A stretch of 64,000 bases of DNA from Nitrospirota bacterium (GTDB lineage Bacteria > Nitrospirota > UBA9217): positions 1 through 64,000 of the forward strand of contig CAVVOB010000026.1 of NCBI GenBank assembly GCA_963749655.1, given 5' to 3'. A program made the position numbers and the translations under genes. The notes beneath the pieces were generated by a model. It ran no database searches and was not told the DNA's origin. It saw only the letters and a program-made list of their open reading frames with translations. Positions 53,327-64,000 of this stretch are shown one piece after another (position 1 is the first letter of the stretch; every line of letters begins with the position of its first letter).

Positions 53327-55966
53327 CTAATGCCTCTTTGACAGCAGATTTCCCACTTCATGAACCATCGTCAGGGTCCCCCGGTACCCAATCGTGACCT
53401 TTGACGTGTACCCGAAGGTTTTGTAAACCGGAAAACCCATCTCGTAGAGTGGAACGTTGAGCCGTCTGGCCGCGCGTTCGGCATGGGAATTCGATATCAG
53501 CAGGTCTAATTCGCCCTGAATCGAGAACAGGTCCCCGATCAGAACTTCCCGCGCCCGGATATGGTCAACGGCATCGGAAAGCGTCGGAACGACGGCCAGG
53601 GCAACAGTCGCACCCATTTCCTCGAGCCAATTCGAGGTCTGGACCGCAAGGTCCGGTTCGAGGGCGAGACAGATTCTTTTGCCTCCGAACAGCGTCTGGG
53701 CATCCCGCATATTGTCCACGAGCACTGCGCGCTGGCGTTCGTACTTTGCGGGCGCAGGCGCGCCGGCAATCTTTTTCAAAGCAGCGATGAGCCGGTCGGA
53801 ACCTGCGAGGCCGGCGACGGTTTCGAGGACTTCGTACCCGACGCCGCACTGCTTTTGAATCAGCTGCGCGGCCTGTGCCATGCTGCTCCCGATCGCGATC
53901 GTAAACACGGACCCGGCGATGCTTTTGAGTTCCGCCTGCGGGGTACCTCCCCGGGCAAGAGGGGAAAAATCTTGTCTGCTCCCGTCGAGGGCCGACAGGT
54001 CGGGCAACATGATCGCCTTTATTCCAAAGGACTCGACAAGTTCCCGGATTTCCGAAAAGTCCGCAGGCGTAAGGTGCGACCCGGCAAGCACATTGACTTG
54101 CATTGCCTTTGAACTCAAAACTCGAAGCGCAAAACTCGAAACTATATTTTCAACCGCCCTCGCATAACCGGCCTCGAGCCCGCCGTCATAATCCGGCGTT
54201 GAGACATTTATGATCGCCGATTGCGGATTGCGTGTTTTCAGGTCCTTCACGGTCCCTGAGACATCGTCTCCTTTTATTTCCGCAAGCCCCGAGGTCAGTA
54301 CCCCGATCATCGCTGGACTGTTCTTTTCGAGAAAGCCCTCGACGGTCTTCGCGAGCTTTTCCTCACTCCCCATCACCACCTCTTCGACAAAGAGCCTTGA
54401 TGAGGCCAAAGCGATGGGCTCCCGGAAATGTTTTGTCAGGAGCACCTTGCCCAGGAAGGAGCATCCCTGGGCGCCGTGAATGATCGGAAGGGCGCCGTCG
54501 ATTCCCTGAAAAGCCATGGCCGCGCCGATCGAGGCCGAATGCTTCAGGGGATCGATGAGCAGGGCCGGTTTCGGATGAGATAGTACCGATTTATTCCTTC
54601 TGTCACTTGATGTAAATTCCGCATTTCGCATGGAGACCTGTCCCGATCGTATCGGAAATTCCTCATTGTAAAACCGGAGGCTGTTGCTGATCAGCTCCGC
54701 GAAATTGATGAGGCCGGCGTAGCCCGCGTATGCGACGTGCCGCTCCTGATTGACGTCCACGAAGGGATACCCCTCCTTGGCGGCAAGGTACTGGTTCCGT
54801 CCGCCGGCGATGAGCATGTCCGCGCCCCGCTCTTTGAGCAGCCGGAGCAGGTTCTCCGGCGTAACATCTTCGACGAGCGGGGCATTGCCCCCGAGCAGCT
54901 CCTTCATCTTTTCTTCGTCTTCTGCAGTGCTCTTTTTCGTCCCGACGGCAACGATCTCGATACCCAGGTCGAGGAGCGCCGAGATGAAGGACCAGCTTTT
55001 CACCCCGCCGGTGTAGAGAACGGCCTTCTTGCCGCGCAGATGCCGGTAGGGCTGCAGGGACTCCTTCAGTTTTTTCTTTTCTTTCCTGATCAGGGCATCG
55101 ACAACGGACATCAGGTCCGGCTCGTCGTAGCCGGCCTTGCCCTGCAGCGCCCGGGCCATGGCCCGCAGCGCTTTTGCAATCTCGGTGCTGCCGAAAAACG
55201 AGACCTCGACGTAGGGGATGCCGAACTTCCTCTTCATCTCCCGCGCCACGTTGATGAGCGCCCGGGAGCAGACCACGACGTTCAGCTTCGCCCGGTGCGC
55301 CCAGGTGATTTCTTCGAAGGTCGCGTCGCCGGTTATTTTCGACAGGATGCGGATGCCCGCCCGTTCCAGAAGCGGCTCCAGAAGCCAGAGATCGCCGGCA
55401 ATGTTGTACTCGCCGATAAGGTTGATGTCATAGTGCGTCATGACCGTCGGCTCACCCGTGCCGATCACCTGTTCGAGCAGGACTTCTCCGGCAATCCGGT
55501 TCCCCAGGTTCTTCGGCCCCACGAAGCCGGGTGCGTTCACGGCTATGACACGAATGCCCAGCTCGTTCTCGGCCTGTTTGCAGACCGCGTCGATGTCCTC
55601 GCCTGTGAGTCCGCTGACGCAGGTGGAGTAGACAAAGATCGCATTCGGCCGCACCGCTTCCTGCGTTCGCCTGACGGCGTTCAGCAGTTTTTCTTCCGAT
55701 CCGTAGACAATGTCGATCTCGCCCATGTCCGTGGTAAAACCCATGGTATGCAGCATGCCCTTTGACGACAGTGTTCCACGGCCTTCCCAGGTGTTGCCGC
55801 AGCACGCGATCGGTCCGTGCACGATGTGCGCCGTATCGGCTATGGGCTGGAGCACGATCATGGCGCCGTCGAAGGCGCAGGACTCACCGCCCCGGGCGCG
55901 ACACACTTTCGTCTTGTCGTCCGTTCTGCAACCGTCCTGGGTTAATCTATCGATCGTGGTGACCAT
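53327..55966 (-). CDS. nifEN: Fused FeMo-cofactor scaffold NifE-NifN
   Basis: NifE CAFDGA, HGPIAC, KNLGNR, YTGGVKSWS, NQER; NifN HGAQGC, HFREPI, GYRG. Confidence 0.95.
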   Translation of the reverse strand: MVTTIDRLTQDGCRTDDKTKVCRARGGESCAFDGAMIVLQPIADTAHIVHGPIACCGNTWEGRGTLSSKGMLHTMGFTTDMGEIDIVYGSEEKLLNAVRRTQEAVRPNAIFVYSTCVSGLTGEDIDAVCKQAENELGIRVIAVNAPGFVGPKNLGNRIAGEVLLEQVIGTGEPTVMTHYDINLIGEYNIAGDLWLLEPLLERAGIRILSKITGDATFEEITWAHRAKLNVVVCSRALINVAREMKRKFGIPYVEVSFFGSTEIAKALRAMARALQGKAGYDEPDLMSVVDALIRKEKKKLKESLQPYRHLRGKKAVLYTGGVKSWSFISALLDLGIEIVAVGTKKSTAEDEEKMKELLGGNAPLVEDVTPENLLRLLKERGADMLIAGGRNQYLAAKEGYPFVDVNQERHVAYAGYAGLINFAELISNSLRFYNEEFPIRSGQVSMRNAEFTSSDRRNKSVLSHPKPALLIDPLKHSASIGAAMAFQGIDGALPIIHGAQGCSFLGKVLLTKHFREPIALASSRLFVEEVVMGSEEKLAKTVEGFLEKNSPAMIGVLTSGLAEIKGDDVSGTVKDLKTRNPQSAIINVSTPDYDGGLEAGYARAVENIVSSFALRVLSSKAMQVNVLAGSHLTPADFSEIRELVESFGIKAIMLPDLSALDGSRQDFSPLARGGTPQAELKSIAGSVFTIAIGSSMAQAAQLIQKQCGVGYEVLETVAGLAGSDRLIAALKKIAGAPAPAKYERQRAVLVDNMRDAQTLFGGKRICLALEPDLAVQTSNWLEEMGATVALAVVPTLSDAVDHIRAREVLIGDLFSIQGELDLLISNSHAERAARRLNVPLYEMGFPVYKTFGYTSKVTIGYRGTLTMVHEVGNLLSKRH

Positions 55967-56005
55967 GGAGCGCTCCGTTGCGATTTTCTATCTTGAACTT
56001 TGAAC

Positions 56006-56755
56006 CTAGACTAACGCCAATTTCATCCCCGCCATGGCGAGCATGATGCCGAGCAATATTCGTAAGACCGGGCTGTTGAACTTCGTTGCCCCCAAGGTCG
56101 AGCCCAGGTATCCGCCAAGAACAACGGCAACGGACCAGAAGGCAATGTGCTCAGGGAACGCTCCGCCTTTGTGAATAAATCCCGCCAGGCCGGAGATCGA
56201 GTTCAGGAGAATGAATGCCGCGGCCACTGCCGCCGTTCTCCGAAGTCCCGCCCAATGCAGAATGATAAGGACCGGGCTCAGGAATATCCCGCCGCCGACG
56301 CCCGTGAGCCCGGACAGAAACCCGAGCCCTCCTCCAACTGCCAGCGATGCGCCGATCCCCGGAAACGTTGCCTTCTCGGGATCATCCGTGGAGACCTTGC
56401 TCCAGAGGAGAAGATGGAGCGCAGCAAACACCAGTGCTATGCCCACGAGTATTTTGTATATCGTCGTGTCCACGTGCATTCCACCGCCCAGGTACGCCAT
56501 AGGGACCGCGGCCAGGGCAAAAGGCCAGAACAGTCTCCATGAAAAATATCCCGCTTTGGCAAACCGAATGGTCGTGACCAGGGCCACGACGATATTCAGC
56601 GCAAGCGCGGTAGGTTTCATCACGGCCGGCGGAAACGAAAGAAGAGCCATCGTCGCCAAATAGCCTGACGCCCCCGCGTGCCCTACCGTGGAATACAGGA
56701 GCGCGATGAAAAAGAAATATACGCCTATAATTACGATGTCATGCATAACGATCAC
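56006..56755 (-). CDS. TSUP (TauE/SafE) transporter inside the nif operon
   Basis: YSTVGHAGASGY, GLTGVGGGIFLSP, FILLNS. Confidence 0.9.
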   Translation of the reverse strand: MIVMHDIVIIGVYFFFIALLYSTVGHAGASGYLATMALLSFPPAVMKPTALALNIVVALVTTIRFAKAGYFSWRLFWPFALAAVPMAYLGGGMHVDTTIYKILVGIALVFAALHLLLWSKVSTDDPEKATFPGIGASLAVGGGLGFLSGLTGVGGGIFLSPVLIILHWAGLRRTAAVAAAFILLNSISGLAGFIHKGGAFPEHIAFWSVAVVLGGYLGSTLGATKFNSPVLRILLGIMLAMAGMKLALV

Positions 56756-56804
56756 CTACAAAGCTCCCAACTCTAAACTTCAAACTTTGAACGTTGAACC
56801 ATTT

Positions 56805-58310
56805 TTATCTAATCACATCAAAGCTCGCCGACCCCTCGGTCTTTCTGTCCAGTTCGTCAAGCACCGTGTTCACCAACATGGTCACCAGGTTCAGCGCGCC
56901 CTTGTACCCGATGATGGGCTGTCGGTGCAGATGGTGCCGGTCGAAGAGTGGGAACCCGATACGCACAAGCGGCGTTCCCGTGTCCTGCTTCAGGAACTTC
57001 GCATACGAGTTCCCGATCAGGACGTCAACGGGGTCGGTGAAGAGGAGCGAACGAAGATGCCACATGTCCTTGCCGATGTAAACCGTGCCGTTTGCGCCGA
57101 AGGGAGAAGACGCGAGCAGTTCCTTTGCCTCTGCCTCGAAATGTTTGTCCCCGTTCGTACAGACAACATGAATCGGCTCGCCGCCCATCTCCATGATGAG
57201 GCTCATCATGCCGAGCAGAATGTCCGGGTCTCCGACCAGGGCGAACCGCTTGCCGTGAACGTACGGATGGGAGTCCACCATGGCATCCACGACCCTGCCG
57301 CGCTCCGCTTCGATCTCGGTGGGGACCGGTTTTCCCGTGAGCCTGGACAGTTCTGCAAAGAAAGCGTCGGTGTTCCTGACGCCGATGGGAGAAAGCGTAA
57401 GCGTTTTCTGGCCCCATTCCTTTTGAATATAGTCCGTCGTCTTCACCGTGGAATACTTCTGGAGCGCCACCGTGGCCTGTGCGTTCACGCCGTCCATCGC
57501 ATCGGGAAGCGGCGTCCCTCCGGGATAGAGTTTGTACTCGCCCGTATTCGGTGAATCAAACGTGTCGCTCACGTCGGCAAACACCGTGGCCTCGATGCCC
57601 ATCAGCGACATGAGCCGCTTGATCTCGTGATAGTTCCCGGTGTAGGTATCGAAGCCCGGGATGATATTGATCTTCTTGTTCGATTCTCCTTTTTTGCCTG
57701 CCCAGAGCGCCTTCAGAATTCCCTTCATCATGTTGTCATAGCCGACGATATGGGAACCGACAAAGCTCGGGGTATTCGCGAATGGGATAAGAAGGTCCTG
57801 GGGCACGACGCCCTTTTCTTTTGCCGTCTTGATGTAGGCGTTCAAATCGTCGCCGATAACCTCGGCCATGCAGGTTGTGGAGACCGCGATCACCTTCGGC
57901 TTGTAGAGAGCATAGGCGTTCTCCAGACCCTCAAGCATGTTGTTCAGACCGCCGAATACGGCTGCATCTTCCGTCATCGAGGTCGAGATCGCCGCAAAGG
58001 GCTCCTTGAAGTGCCGGGAAAGATGGCTCCGGAAGTAGGCCACGCAGCCTTGCGCGCCCTGCACAAAAGGCATGGAGCCCTCGAACCCCGAGGCGCAGAA
58101 CACCGCGCCGAGGGGCTGGCATGCCTTTGCCGGATTGATCTTGATGTTCTCCCGCTTGAAATTGAGCTCCTTGTACTCCTCGGTCTTGGTCCACTCGGAG
58201 ACTTCTTTTATCTTTTCCGCCGGCCAACAGTTCTCGAATTCTTTTTTGCGTTCGAACTGCTCCTGATAATCCTGCTGCTTGAACAGCTCGCTATGGTCTC
58301 TGATTTTCAT
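56805..58310 (-). CDS. nifK: Nitrogenase MoFe protein beta chain
   Basis: NPAKACQPLG, GAQGC, STTCMAE, TPSFVGSH; start MKIRDH after GGAGG. Confidence 0.97.
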   Translation of the reverse strand: MKIRDHSELFKQQDYQEQFERKKEFENCWPAEKIKEVSEWTKTEEYKELNFKRENIKINPAKACQPLGAVFCASGFEGSMPFVQGAQGCVAYFRSHLSRHFKEPFAAISTSMTEDAAVFGGLNNMLEGLENAYALYKPKVIAVSTTCMAEVIGDDLNAYIKTAKEKGVVPQDLLIPFANTPSFVGSHIVGYDNMMKGILKALWAGKKGESNKKINIIPGFDTYTGNYHEIKRLMSLMGIEATVFADVSDTFDSPNTGEYKLYPGGTPLPDAMDGVNAQATVALQKYSTVKTTDYIQKEWGQKTLTLSPIGVRNTDAFFAELSRLTGKPVPTEIEAERGRVVDAMVDSHPYVHGKRFALVGDPDILLGMMSLIMEMGGEPIHVVCTNGDKHFEAEAKELLASSPFGANGTVYIGKDMWHLRSLLFTDPVDVLIGNSYAKFLKQDTGTPLVRIGFPLFDRHHLHRQPIIGYKGALNLVTMLVNTVLDELDRKTEGSASFDVIR

Positions 58311-58385
58311 GTATCCTCCGATAAATTCGCATGGTGCATAGCGCATAGTGCGACAAGCTTCTGTTTTCTGCTCTAGCCCTCTGCT

Positions 58386-59816
58386 CTATGCCCTATGCCG
58401 CCTTATCAACCCCCACGTCGGGCTGTTCACGGTCATGTCCATATCCCGCGCAAAGACCGGGAACCCGTCGAACCCATGATAAGGCCCCGAGTAGTCCCAC
58501 GAATGCATCTGCCGAAACGGCACGCCCAGCTTGTGGTAGGAGTACTTCTCCTTGATGCCCGAACCGACCATATCCGGTTTCAGTCTGCGCGTGAACTCCT
58601 CCAGTTCGTAGAGCGTGGCGTCGTCCATGATCACCGCGCCTTCTTTCATCTCGGGATAGGTGCGCTTATAATCGTCGCTGTGCCCGAACTCATAGCCGGA
58701 AGCGATAACTTCCATGCCAAGGTCCTCGTATGCGCCGATGGTATGCCGCGGCCGGAGGCCGCCGACATAGAGCATCACCTTTTTGCCTTCGAGCCTGGGT
58801 CGGTACTGCTCGACGACCTTGTCCATCAGGGGCTTGTACTTTGCGATCACGGCCTCCGCATTCTTTTTGATCTTCTCGTCGAACTTTTCCGCGATTTTCC
58901 TGATGCTGTCGATGGTCTTGGTCGGCCCGAAGAAATTGAACTCCATCCACGGGATGCCGTAGTTCTCCTCCATGTGGCGGCAGATGTAATTCATCGACCG
59001 GTAGCAATGGATCAGGTTCAGTTTGGCCTTGGTCGCGATCCCGATTTCGTTGATCGTGGAGTCGCCGGTGTACTGGGCGATCACTCTGAGGCCCATCTCC
59101 TCCAATATCTTGCGCGAGGCCCAGGCGTCGCCGCCGATGTTGTAGTCGCCGATGAGGTTCACGTCGTAGGGGGTGGTCTTTTCGAGCGTGCCCTTGCCGA
59201 GCACGTAGTCGCGGATCGTATCGTTCGCGATGTGGTGTCCCAGGGACTGGGACACTCCTCGGAACCCTTCGCACCGCACCGGCACGATGGGGAGATTGAT
59301 CTCCTTGGCCACGCGCTTCGATACGGCTTCAATGTCGTCGCCGATCAGTCCTACCGGACATTCAGAAAGAATGCCGATGCCGCGGCCGAGCGGGAAGAGC
59401 TGATGCAGCTCCTTGAGCGCCCCTTCGAGCCCTTTATCGCCTCCGTAGACGATGTTTTTTTCCTGGAAGTCGGTCGTGATGTGCATCGTGCCGAAGGTGT
59501 CGATTCCGGTCTGGCCGTTGTAGTAGTTCCTGCGTGACCACCACGAGTATTGGCCGCATCCGATCGGGCCGTGGCTGATCGTGATCTGGTCCTTCACCGG
59601 TCCCCAGACCACCCCCTTGGCGCCCGCGTAGGCGCAGCCGCGAACGGTCATAACGCCGGGCCGAGATTTTATGTTCGACTTCACCTGGCAGGAGCTGCAC
59701 TGGCCTGATGGATCGTTTGCCGCAAGGTGCTTGGCCCGGTCCTTTTTCGATTTTTCGGGGTAAGCCTCGAGGACCTCTTCAATCATCTTTTGGGTGTCTT
59801 TAATCGTAGTGCTCAT
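58386..59816 (-). CDS. nifD: Nitrogenase MoFe protein alpha chain
   Basis: RGCAYAG, HGPIGC, SECP, HCYRS, GGLRPRH, QMHSWDY. Confidence 0.98.
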   Translation of the reverse strand: MSTTIKDTQKMIEEVLEAYPEKSKKDRAKHLAANDPSGQCSSCQVKSNIKSRPGVMTVRGCAYAGAKGVVWGPVKDQITISHGPIGCGQYSWWSRRNYYNGQTGIDTFGTMHITTDFQEKNIVYGGDKGLEGALKELHQLFPLGRGIGILSECPVGLIGDDIEAVSKRVAKEINLPIVPVRCEGFRGVSQSLGHHIANDTIRDYVLGKGTLEKTTPYDVNLIGDYNIGGDAWASRKILEEMGLRVIAQYTGDSTINEIGIATKAKLNLIHCYRSMNYICRHMEENYGIPWMEFNFFGPTKTIDSIRKIAEKFDEKIKKNAEAVIAKYKPLMDKVVEQYRPRLEGKKVMLYVGGLRPRHTIGAYEDLGMEVIASGYEFGHSDDYKRTYPEMKEGAVIMDDATLYELEEFTRRLKPDMVGSGIKEKYSYHKLGVPFRQMHSWDYSGPYHGFDGFPVFARDMDMTVNSPTWGLIRRHRA

Positions 59817-59866
59817 TCTGTCTCCTTACCTCGTCGCGAATTATTCGGGACGGCTGCCGCAGCGTA

Positions 59867-59903
59867 ACTCTCGTCCCTCAGGGGAGGGGATTGGTGAGGG
59901 TGG
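59867..59903 (-). repeat. REP-like CCCTC..GAGGG hairpin between nifH and nifD
   Basis: Minus strand CCACCCTCACCAATCCCTCCCCTGAGGGACGAGAG. Confidence 0.5.
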
Positions 59904-59918
59904 TTGCCGTATTCGTCG

Positions 59919-60794
<876 letters not shown>

Positions 60795-60798
60795 CTAA

Positions 60799-60814
60799 AG
60801 CAATAGACATGCCA
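60799..60814 (-). promoter_or_regulatory. sigma54 promoter of the nif operon
   Basis: TGGCAT-GTCTA-TTGCT. Confidence 0.88.
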
Positions 60815-61587
60815 TTTTAAAAAATGCTTTTTCACTGGGCTTTCTGAAGTTGTTTGTAAATGAGAATGCGTAAGAGAAGAGCAGGTGTTGGAAAACTATG
60901 CAACAAGAATGCAACGTCAGCATCCCGGACTGATACGCAATCAGGATATCCGCTAAGAGTTCTTTGATGTGTTCCCGGTCGATTCTTTATCCTGACCAAT
61001 CGCGTTGAATCGGTCTTCCCGTGCAGTTTCGGATGTTACACGCACTATTTACCATTCTCGGTCCTGCACGCTGACGGACTACATATTACAGGTGGTGTTC
61101 TTTACCCTTGCCATAACAGCGGCACTATGGACTCATGGGTGTACAGCGAATTATTTTTTCCTAAGCCTCCCTCGATTTGATGGACACTCCGAGTACTTGT
61201 ATAACCGGAGAGGAGGCCGCTTATGGCGAGGAGCGAACGTCGTCAATTCACTCAAGCGTTCAAAAGAAATGCTGTTAATCTCGTCATGGAGAAAGGTGTT
61301 CCCGTGAGGAAGGTCGTGACCTTGATATCCATCCGAATCTAGTGCATCAATGGAGGCGGATGTATATGGCAGAAGGTGACAGCGCTTTTGAAAAAGCAAA
61401 CTTAGCCGGGTGTCCATTTTTTCGTGGAAGATCATTTTTTACTTTCGGCAATCTTATGCTTCCAGCTCCGGCAAAGTTATGGTTAAAGTCACCCACCCCC
61501 CTCCCCGCAGTATTATTTTGCAGCCCCTTCTGCAGTAAAATCACTGCATCAAATCCGCAACCTATTGAAAAACCGCGCGCAAAATTC

Positions 61588-61603
61588 TGGCACGGCCCGT
61601 GCA
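61588..61603 (+). promoter_or_regulatory. sigma54 promoter of USP gene
   Basis: TGGCAC-GGCCC-GTGCA; upstream palindrome TGCAGT-N6-ACTGCA (61531-61548). Confidence 0.75.
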
Positions 61604-61660
61604 ATATACAAGGCAGAAAGCGGCAAGCACTCATTTAAAAAATCCTAAGGAGGTAGTGAA

Positions 61661-62091
61661 ATGAAGATCATGGTTGCTTATGACGGGACGTTGCAGGCAA
61701 AGGAAGCATTGGCATACGGCATGGACAAGGCGCGGGAAAAGGGCGGCGAAGTGGTGGCCCTGCACGTTTTCAACAGCCCGATGTTTTTCGATTATGACGC
61801 CACGCCCGGTGCACGGGACGAAGCGAAGGCGGAGTCAGCGCGCTTTATAGCCGAAGCAAAAGCCATCATCGCCGAGAAGAGCAAGGGCGTGAAGGCAAGC
61901 CTCTACAGCACTGAAGGCGATCCGGCGGAAGAGGTTGTCGGCTTCGCGAAAGCCGAGAAGGTGGACGTGCTGCTCTGCCCCCCAAATTCACGGAGATCAT
62001 CAACAAGTACCGGAAGGCTACAGCTGAATCGGAGCTGGCCGGCGAAGCTGCCAAACTCCAGGTTGCAGCCCTTTCAACGAAGACGATGTAG
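61661..62091 (+). CDS. Universal stress protein (frameshift in C-run ~61980)
   Basis: MKIMVAYDGT..EGDP..DVLLCPP; shifted frame ends STKTM*. Confidence 0.85.
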
Positions 62092-62200
62092 TCGGAACAC
62101 GCGGACAACGGAGGTGCGGGGCTCACGAAGAGACGTTACCATGCTTTCTTCGTGATCCTCGCTCTGTTTCAGGCATTCATTTCAGTGAACGGAGTACACC

Positions 62201-62404
62201 ATGGATTTTGAACATGCATTTCAGCAATCGAATTTCTTTCTGATGATCCAGATGATGTTCATGGGGTCGCTGCTCGTGCCGACCATGATCGACCGGACCG
62301 ATATCTACGGCAAGGTCATGCGCGTCCTGGCGTCGATTGTCGTGAGCTTCGGGCCTTTTGCGATCCTGGCGTACGTGCTGTACGAGGTGTCGCGGATGAA
62401 CTGA
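62201..62404 (+). CDS. Small membrane protein (67 aa)
   Basis: GGAG RBS, two hydrophobic segments. Confidence 0.6.
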   Translation: MDFEHAFQQSNFFLMIQMMFMGSLLVPTMIDRTDIYGKVMRVLASIVVSFGPFAILAYVLYEVSRMN

Positions 62405-62416
62405 TCCTCCCGGGGA

Positions 62417-62629
62417 TCAGGGCTCGAACTTGGTCATATCGATCTCCCAGAAGCTATTCGATTTGTGATTGGTCCTTTTCTTTTTCAGCACGATGGGAGT
62501 CGTAAGGGTTTTCCAGATCCGCTGGAACTCCTCCTGGAAAAGGGGCATGTTTTCGGTCATGACTGCCGCCGCGAACAGGCTCAGGAAAAAGACGTTCTTG
62601 AGAACAAGTACGGACAGATCGGTATGCAT
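62417..62629 (-). CDS. Small hypothetical protein (70 aa)
   Basis: AGGAGG RBS; directly downstream of the AVTFAE peptide. Confidence 0.55.
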   Translation of the reverse strand: MHTDLSVLVLKNVFFLSLFAAAVMTENMPLFQEEFQRIWKTLTTPIVLKKKRTNHKSNSFWEIDMTKFEP

Positions 62630-62656
62630 CCTGGACCTCCTGCAGGGAATGAAATA

Positions 62657-62785
62657 TTACCGGGCTGCCGGCTGTTCACGGAGCTCGACACAGGCAGGGG
62701 ATATTTCCATTGCCTGGTATTCTCCGGACTCGGCAAAGGTTACTGCTACGAACAGGTTTTCGAGCATGGACAAAAGGTTTTTCAT
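62657..62785 (-). CDS. 42-aa peptide with VAVTFAESGE motif
   Basis: MKNLLSMLENLFVAVTFAESGEYQAMEISPACVELREQPAAR; GAGGAGG RBS; paralog of 11063-11209. Confidence 0.8.
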   Translation of the reverse strand: MKNLLSMLENLFVAVTFAESGEYQAMEISPACVELREQPAAR

Positions 62786-62840
62786 AATGTGCCTCCTCGG
62801 AAAGAGCTGCTGTTTGAATGGGGAATCTGACATAGTAAAT

Positions 62841-62856
62841 AGCAAGGGCCGTGCCG
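62841..62856 (-). promoter_or_regulatory. sigma54 promoter of the peptide gene
   Basis: CGGCAC-GGCCC-TTGCT. Confidence 0.8.
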
Positions 62857-62907
62857 ATATTTAAGCTATTGAATTTGTGCGATTAATTATATATAACCAT
62901 AGAATGG

Positions 62908-63001
62908 TGCACTTATTTGATGCATTATCTGACAGCAAAGAAGATGTAAGCTCAGGTAATTTAATTAAAACAGGCTACTGTTAGTGCACTTATATGTTGC
63001 A
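62908..63001. promoter_or_regulatory. Two NtrC-like enhancer sites
   Basis: TGCACTTATTTGATGCA (62908-62924) and TGCACTTATATGTTGCA (62985-63001), each one mismatch from TGCAC-N7-GTGCA. Confidence 0.65.
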
Positions 63002-63049
63002 TTTAATCCTCATGTTGCACTAGCAATGGCAAAAAAAGAACAATATTTT

Positions 63050-63148
63050 TTACCGCAATGGCGCAAAGGACGCGAGGAAAGCAGAAATCGAATTAGACCC
63101 ATGAAGATAGTCTTGTTTTTCCTTGCGACCTTTGCGCCCTCGCGGTTC
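63050..63148. repeat. Inverted 8/9-mer-arm element
   Basis: accgcaatggcgcaaaggacgcgagg ... ccttgcgacctttgcgccctcgcggtt. Confidence 0.7.
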
Positions 63149-63231
63149 AATCGTTTTCTGTTTTGTCCGCATCGTCTGTGGTGCGGTGAGATGTTTCAGT
63201 TATTTGCGGGTACAACGGCAGGAGGCAAGCC

Positions 63232-64000
63232 ATGAAAATTCTCTCTCTCTATGATGGAACGTTACAATCCAAGGCAGCCATGCTGTATGGCTTAAGAAAG
63301 GCAAAAGAGCAGGCCGGCGAGTTGATCGTGCTCCAGGTATTCCAGACCAGCCTGTTCCTCGATTACGACGCCGGTCCGCGCGCCGAGGAGATCGCCCGCG
63401 CTGAAGCGGCCCGCCACCGCCGCGATGCGGAGGCCCTTATCAGCGAAGCCGGACGCCATGGAATACCTGTCCGCGTCCAGTCCGAAGAGGGGGATACGGA
63501 AGTAGAGGCGCTGCGCATCGCGCAGGCTGAGCGTGTCGACCTGATCCTTGCGTCCCCGCGCTATAAGGCGATCGCAAAAAAGGCTTCCTGTCCGGTCAGG
63601 ATCATACCGGGCGTCATCCTCCTTCCTGTGGACAATTCGGAAATGCTCCTTGCAGACCTGGACGAGATCGTCGGCGAGGCCAGGGCTTCCCAGTCAAAAG
63701 TCCTTTTGCTCGGCGTAGTGCCGATACATCTCTACAGCGCAGGAGAGAAGAAAGAAATTGAGGGTGTGATGAAGAGCACGAGCGCTGCAGTACGGAAACT
63801 CAAACATGCGCTGATTGAGCAGAAGATTGACACGTCCGAACTTGTCCGCTCAGGATACCCCGACGAGGAGATCCTGAAGGCGGCCGATGAGTTCGGCGTA
63901 TCGCTCATCATGCTGCCGGCAGGCGGCAAGACGCCGTCCGAGCTGACCAAGGCCGCCTCGATCCTGCTGGACGAACCCGAGCGGGTGCACCGGCCCCTGC
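63232..64000 (+). CDS. Tandem-domain universal stress protein (3'-partial)
   Basis: MKILSLYDGTLQSK (paralog of 61661), second domain LLPVDNS..SGYPDEEIL; AGGAGG RBS; runs off the window. Confidence 0.88.
   Translation, partial: MKILSLYDGTLQSKAAMLYGLRKAKEQAGELIVLQVFQTSLFLDYDAGPRAEEIARAEAARHRRDAEALISEAGRHGIPVRVQSEEGDTEVEALRIAQAERVDLILASPRYKAIAKKASCPVRIIPGVILLPVDNSEMLLADLDEIVGEARASQSKVLLLGVVPIHLYSAGEKKEIEGVMKSTSAAVRKLKHALIEQKIDTSELVRSGYPDEEILKAADEFGVSLIMLPAGGKTPSELTKAASILLDEPERVHRPL

Overview
Bacterial chromosomal window (mostly GC-rich), by gene content and style most consistent with an anaerobic or microaerophilic Nitrospirota/Desulfobacterota-like organism (inference). Many otherwise intact genes carry single-base frameshifts, often in homopolymers, which most likely reflect long-read assembly error. 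Main blocks: (1) 1-6.9 kb, small genes and gene fragments; (2) 8.5-17.7 kb, universal-stress-protein (USP)/TSUP-transporter locus with two sigma54 activators, a GntR regulator and an unannotated 48-aa 'VAVTFAEAGE' peptide; (3) 19.5-22.2 kb, cysC-cysQ-sulfotransferase module followed by a complete IS30; (4) 23.7-30.2 kb, adenylate cyclase-PilZ fusion, tandem cupredoxin lipoproteins and a Fur-boxed outer-membrane protein; (5) 30.5-35.6 kb, biosynthetic cluster of methyltransferase, U32-family Fe-S protein, ACP, FabF and type III PKS; (6) yybP-ykoY riboswitch with a TMEM165/GDT1 exporter, then a diguanylate cyclase; (7) sigma54 operon porin-amtB-glnK-PII-DUF1646; (8) AT-rich broken restriction-modification islet; (9) a Mo-nitrogenase cluster nifHDK-TSUP-nifEN-nifX-nifI1-nifI2-fdxB-GNAT-nifB-hesA-small ORF-homocitrate synthase; (10) a second USP locus with a second 'VAVTFAESGE' peptide. 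Intergenic DNA is rich in small repeat families, including a three-copy ~150-bp highly structured element. Best candidates for undescribed systems: the type III PKS cluster with a U32 protein where a flavin hydroxylase is usually found, the sigma54-driven AVTFAE micropeptide/USP regulon, and the structured repeat.
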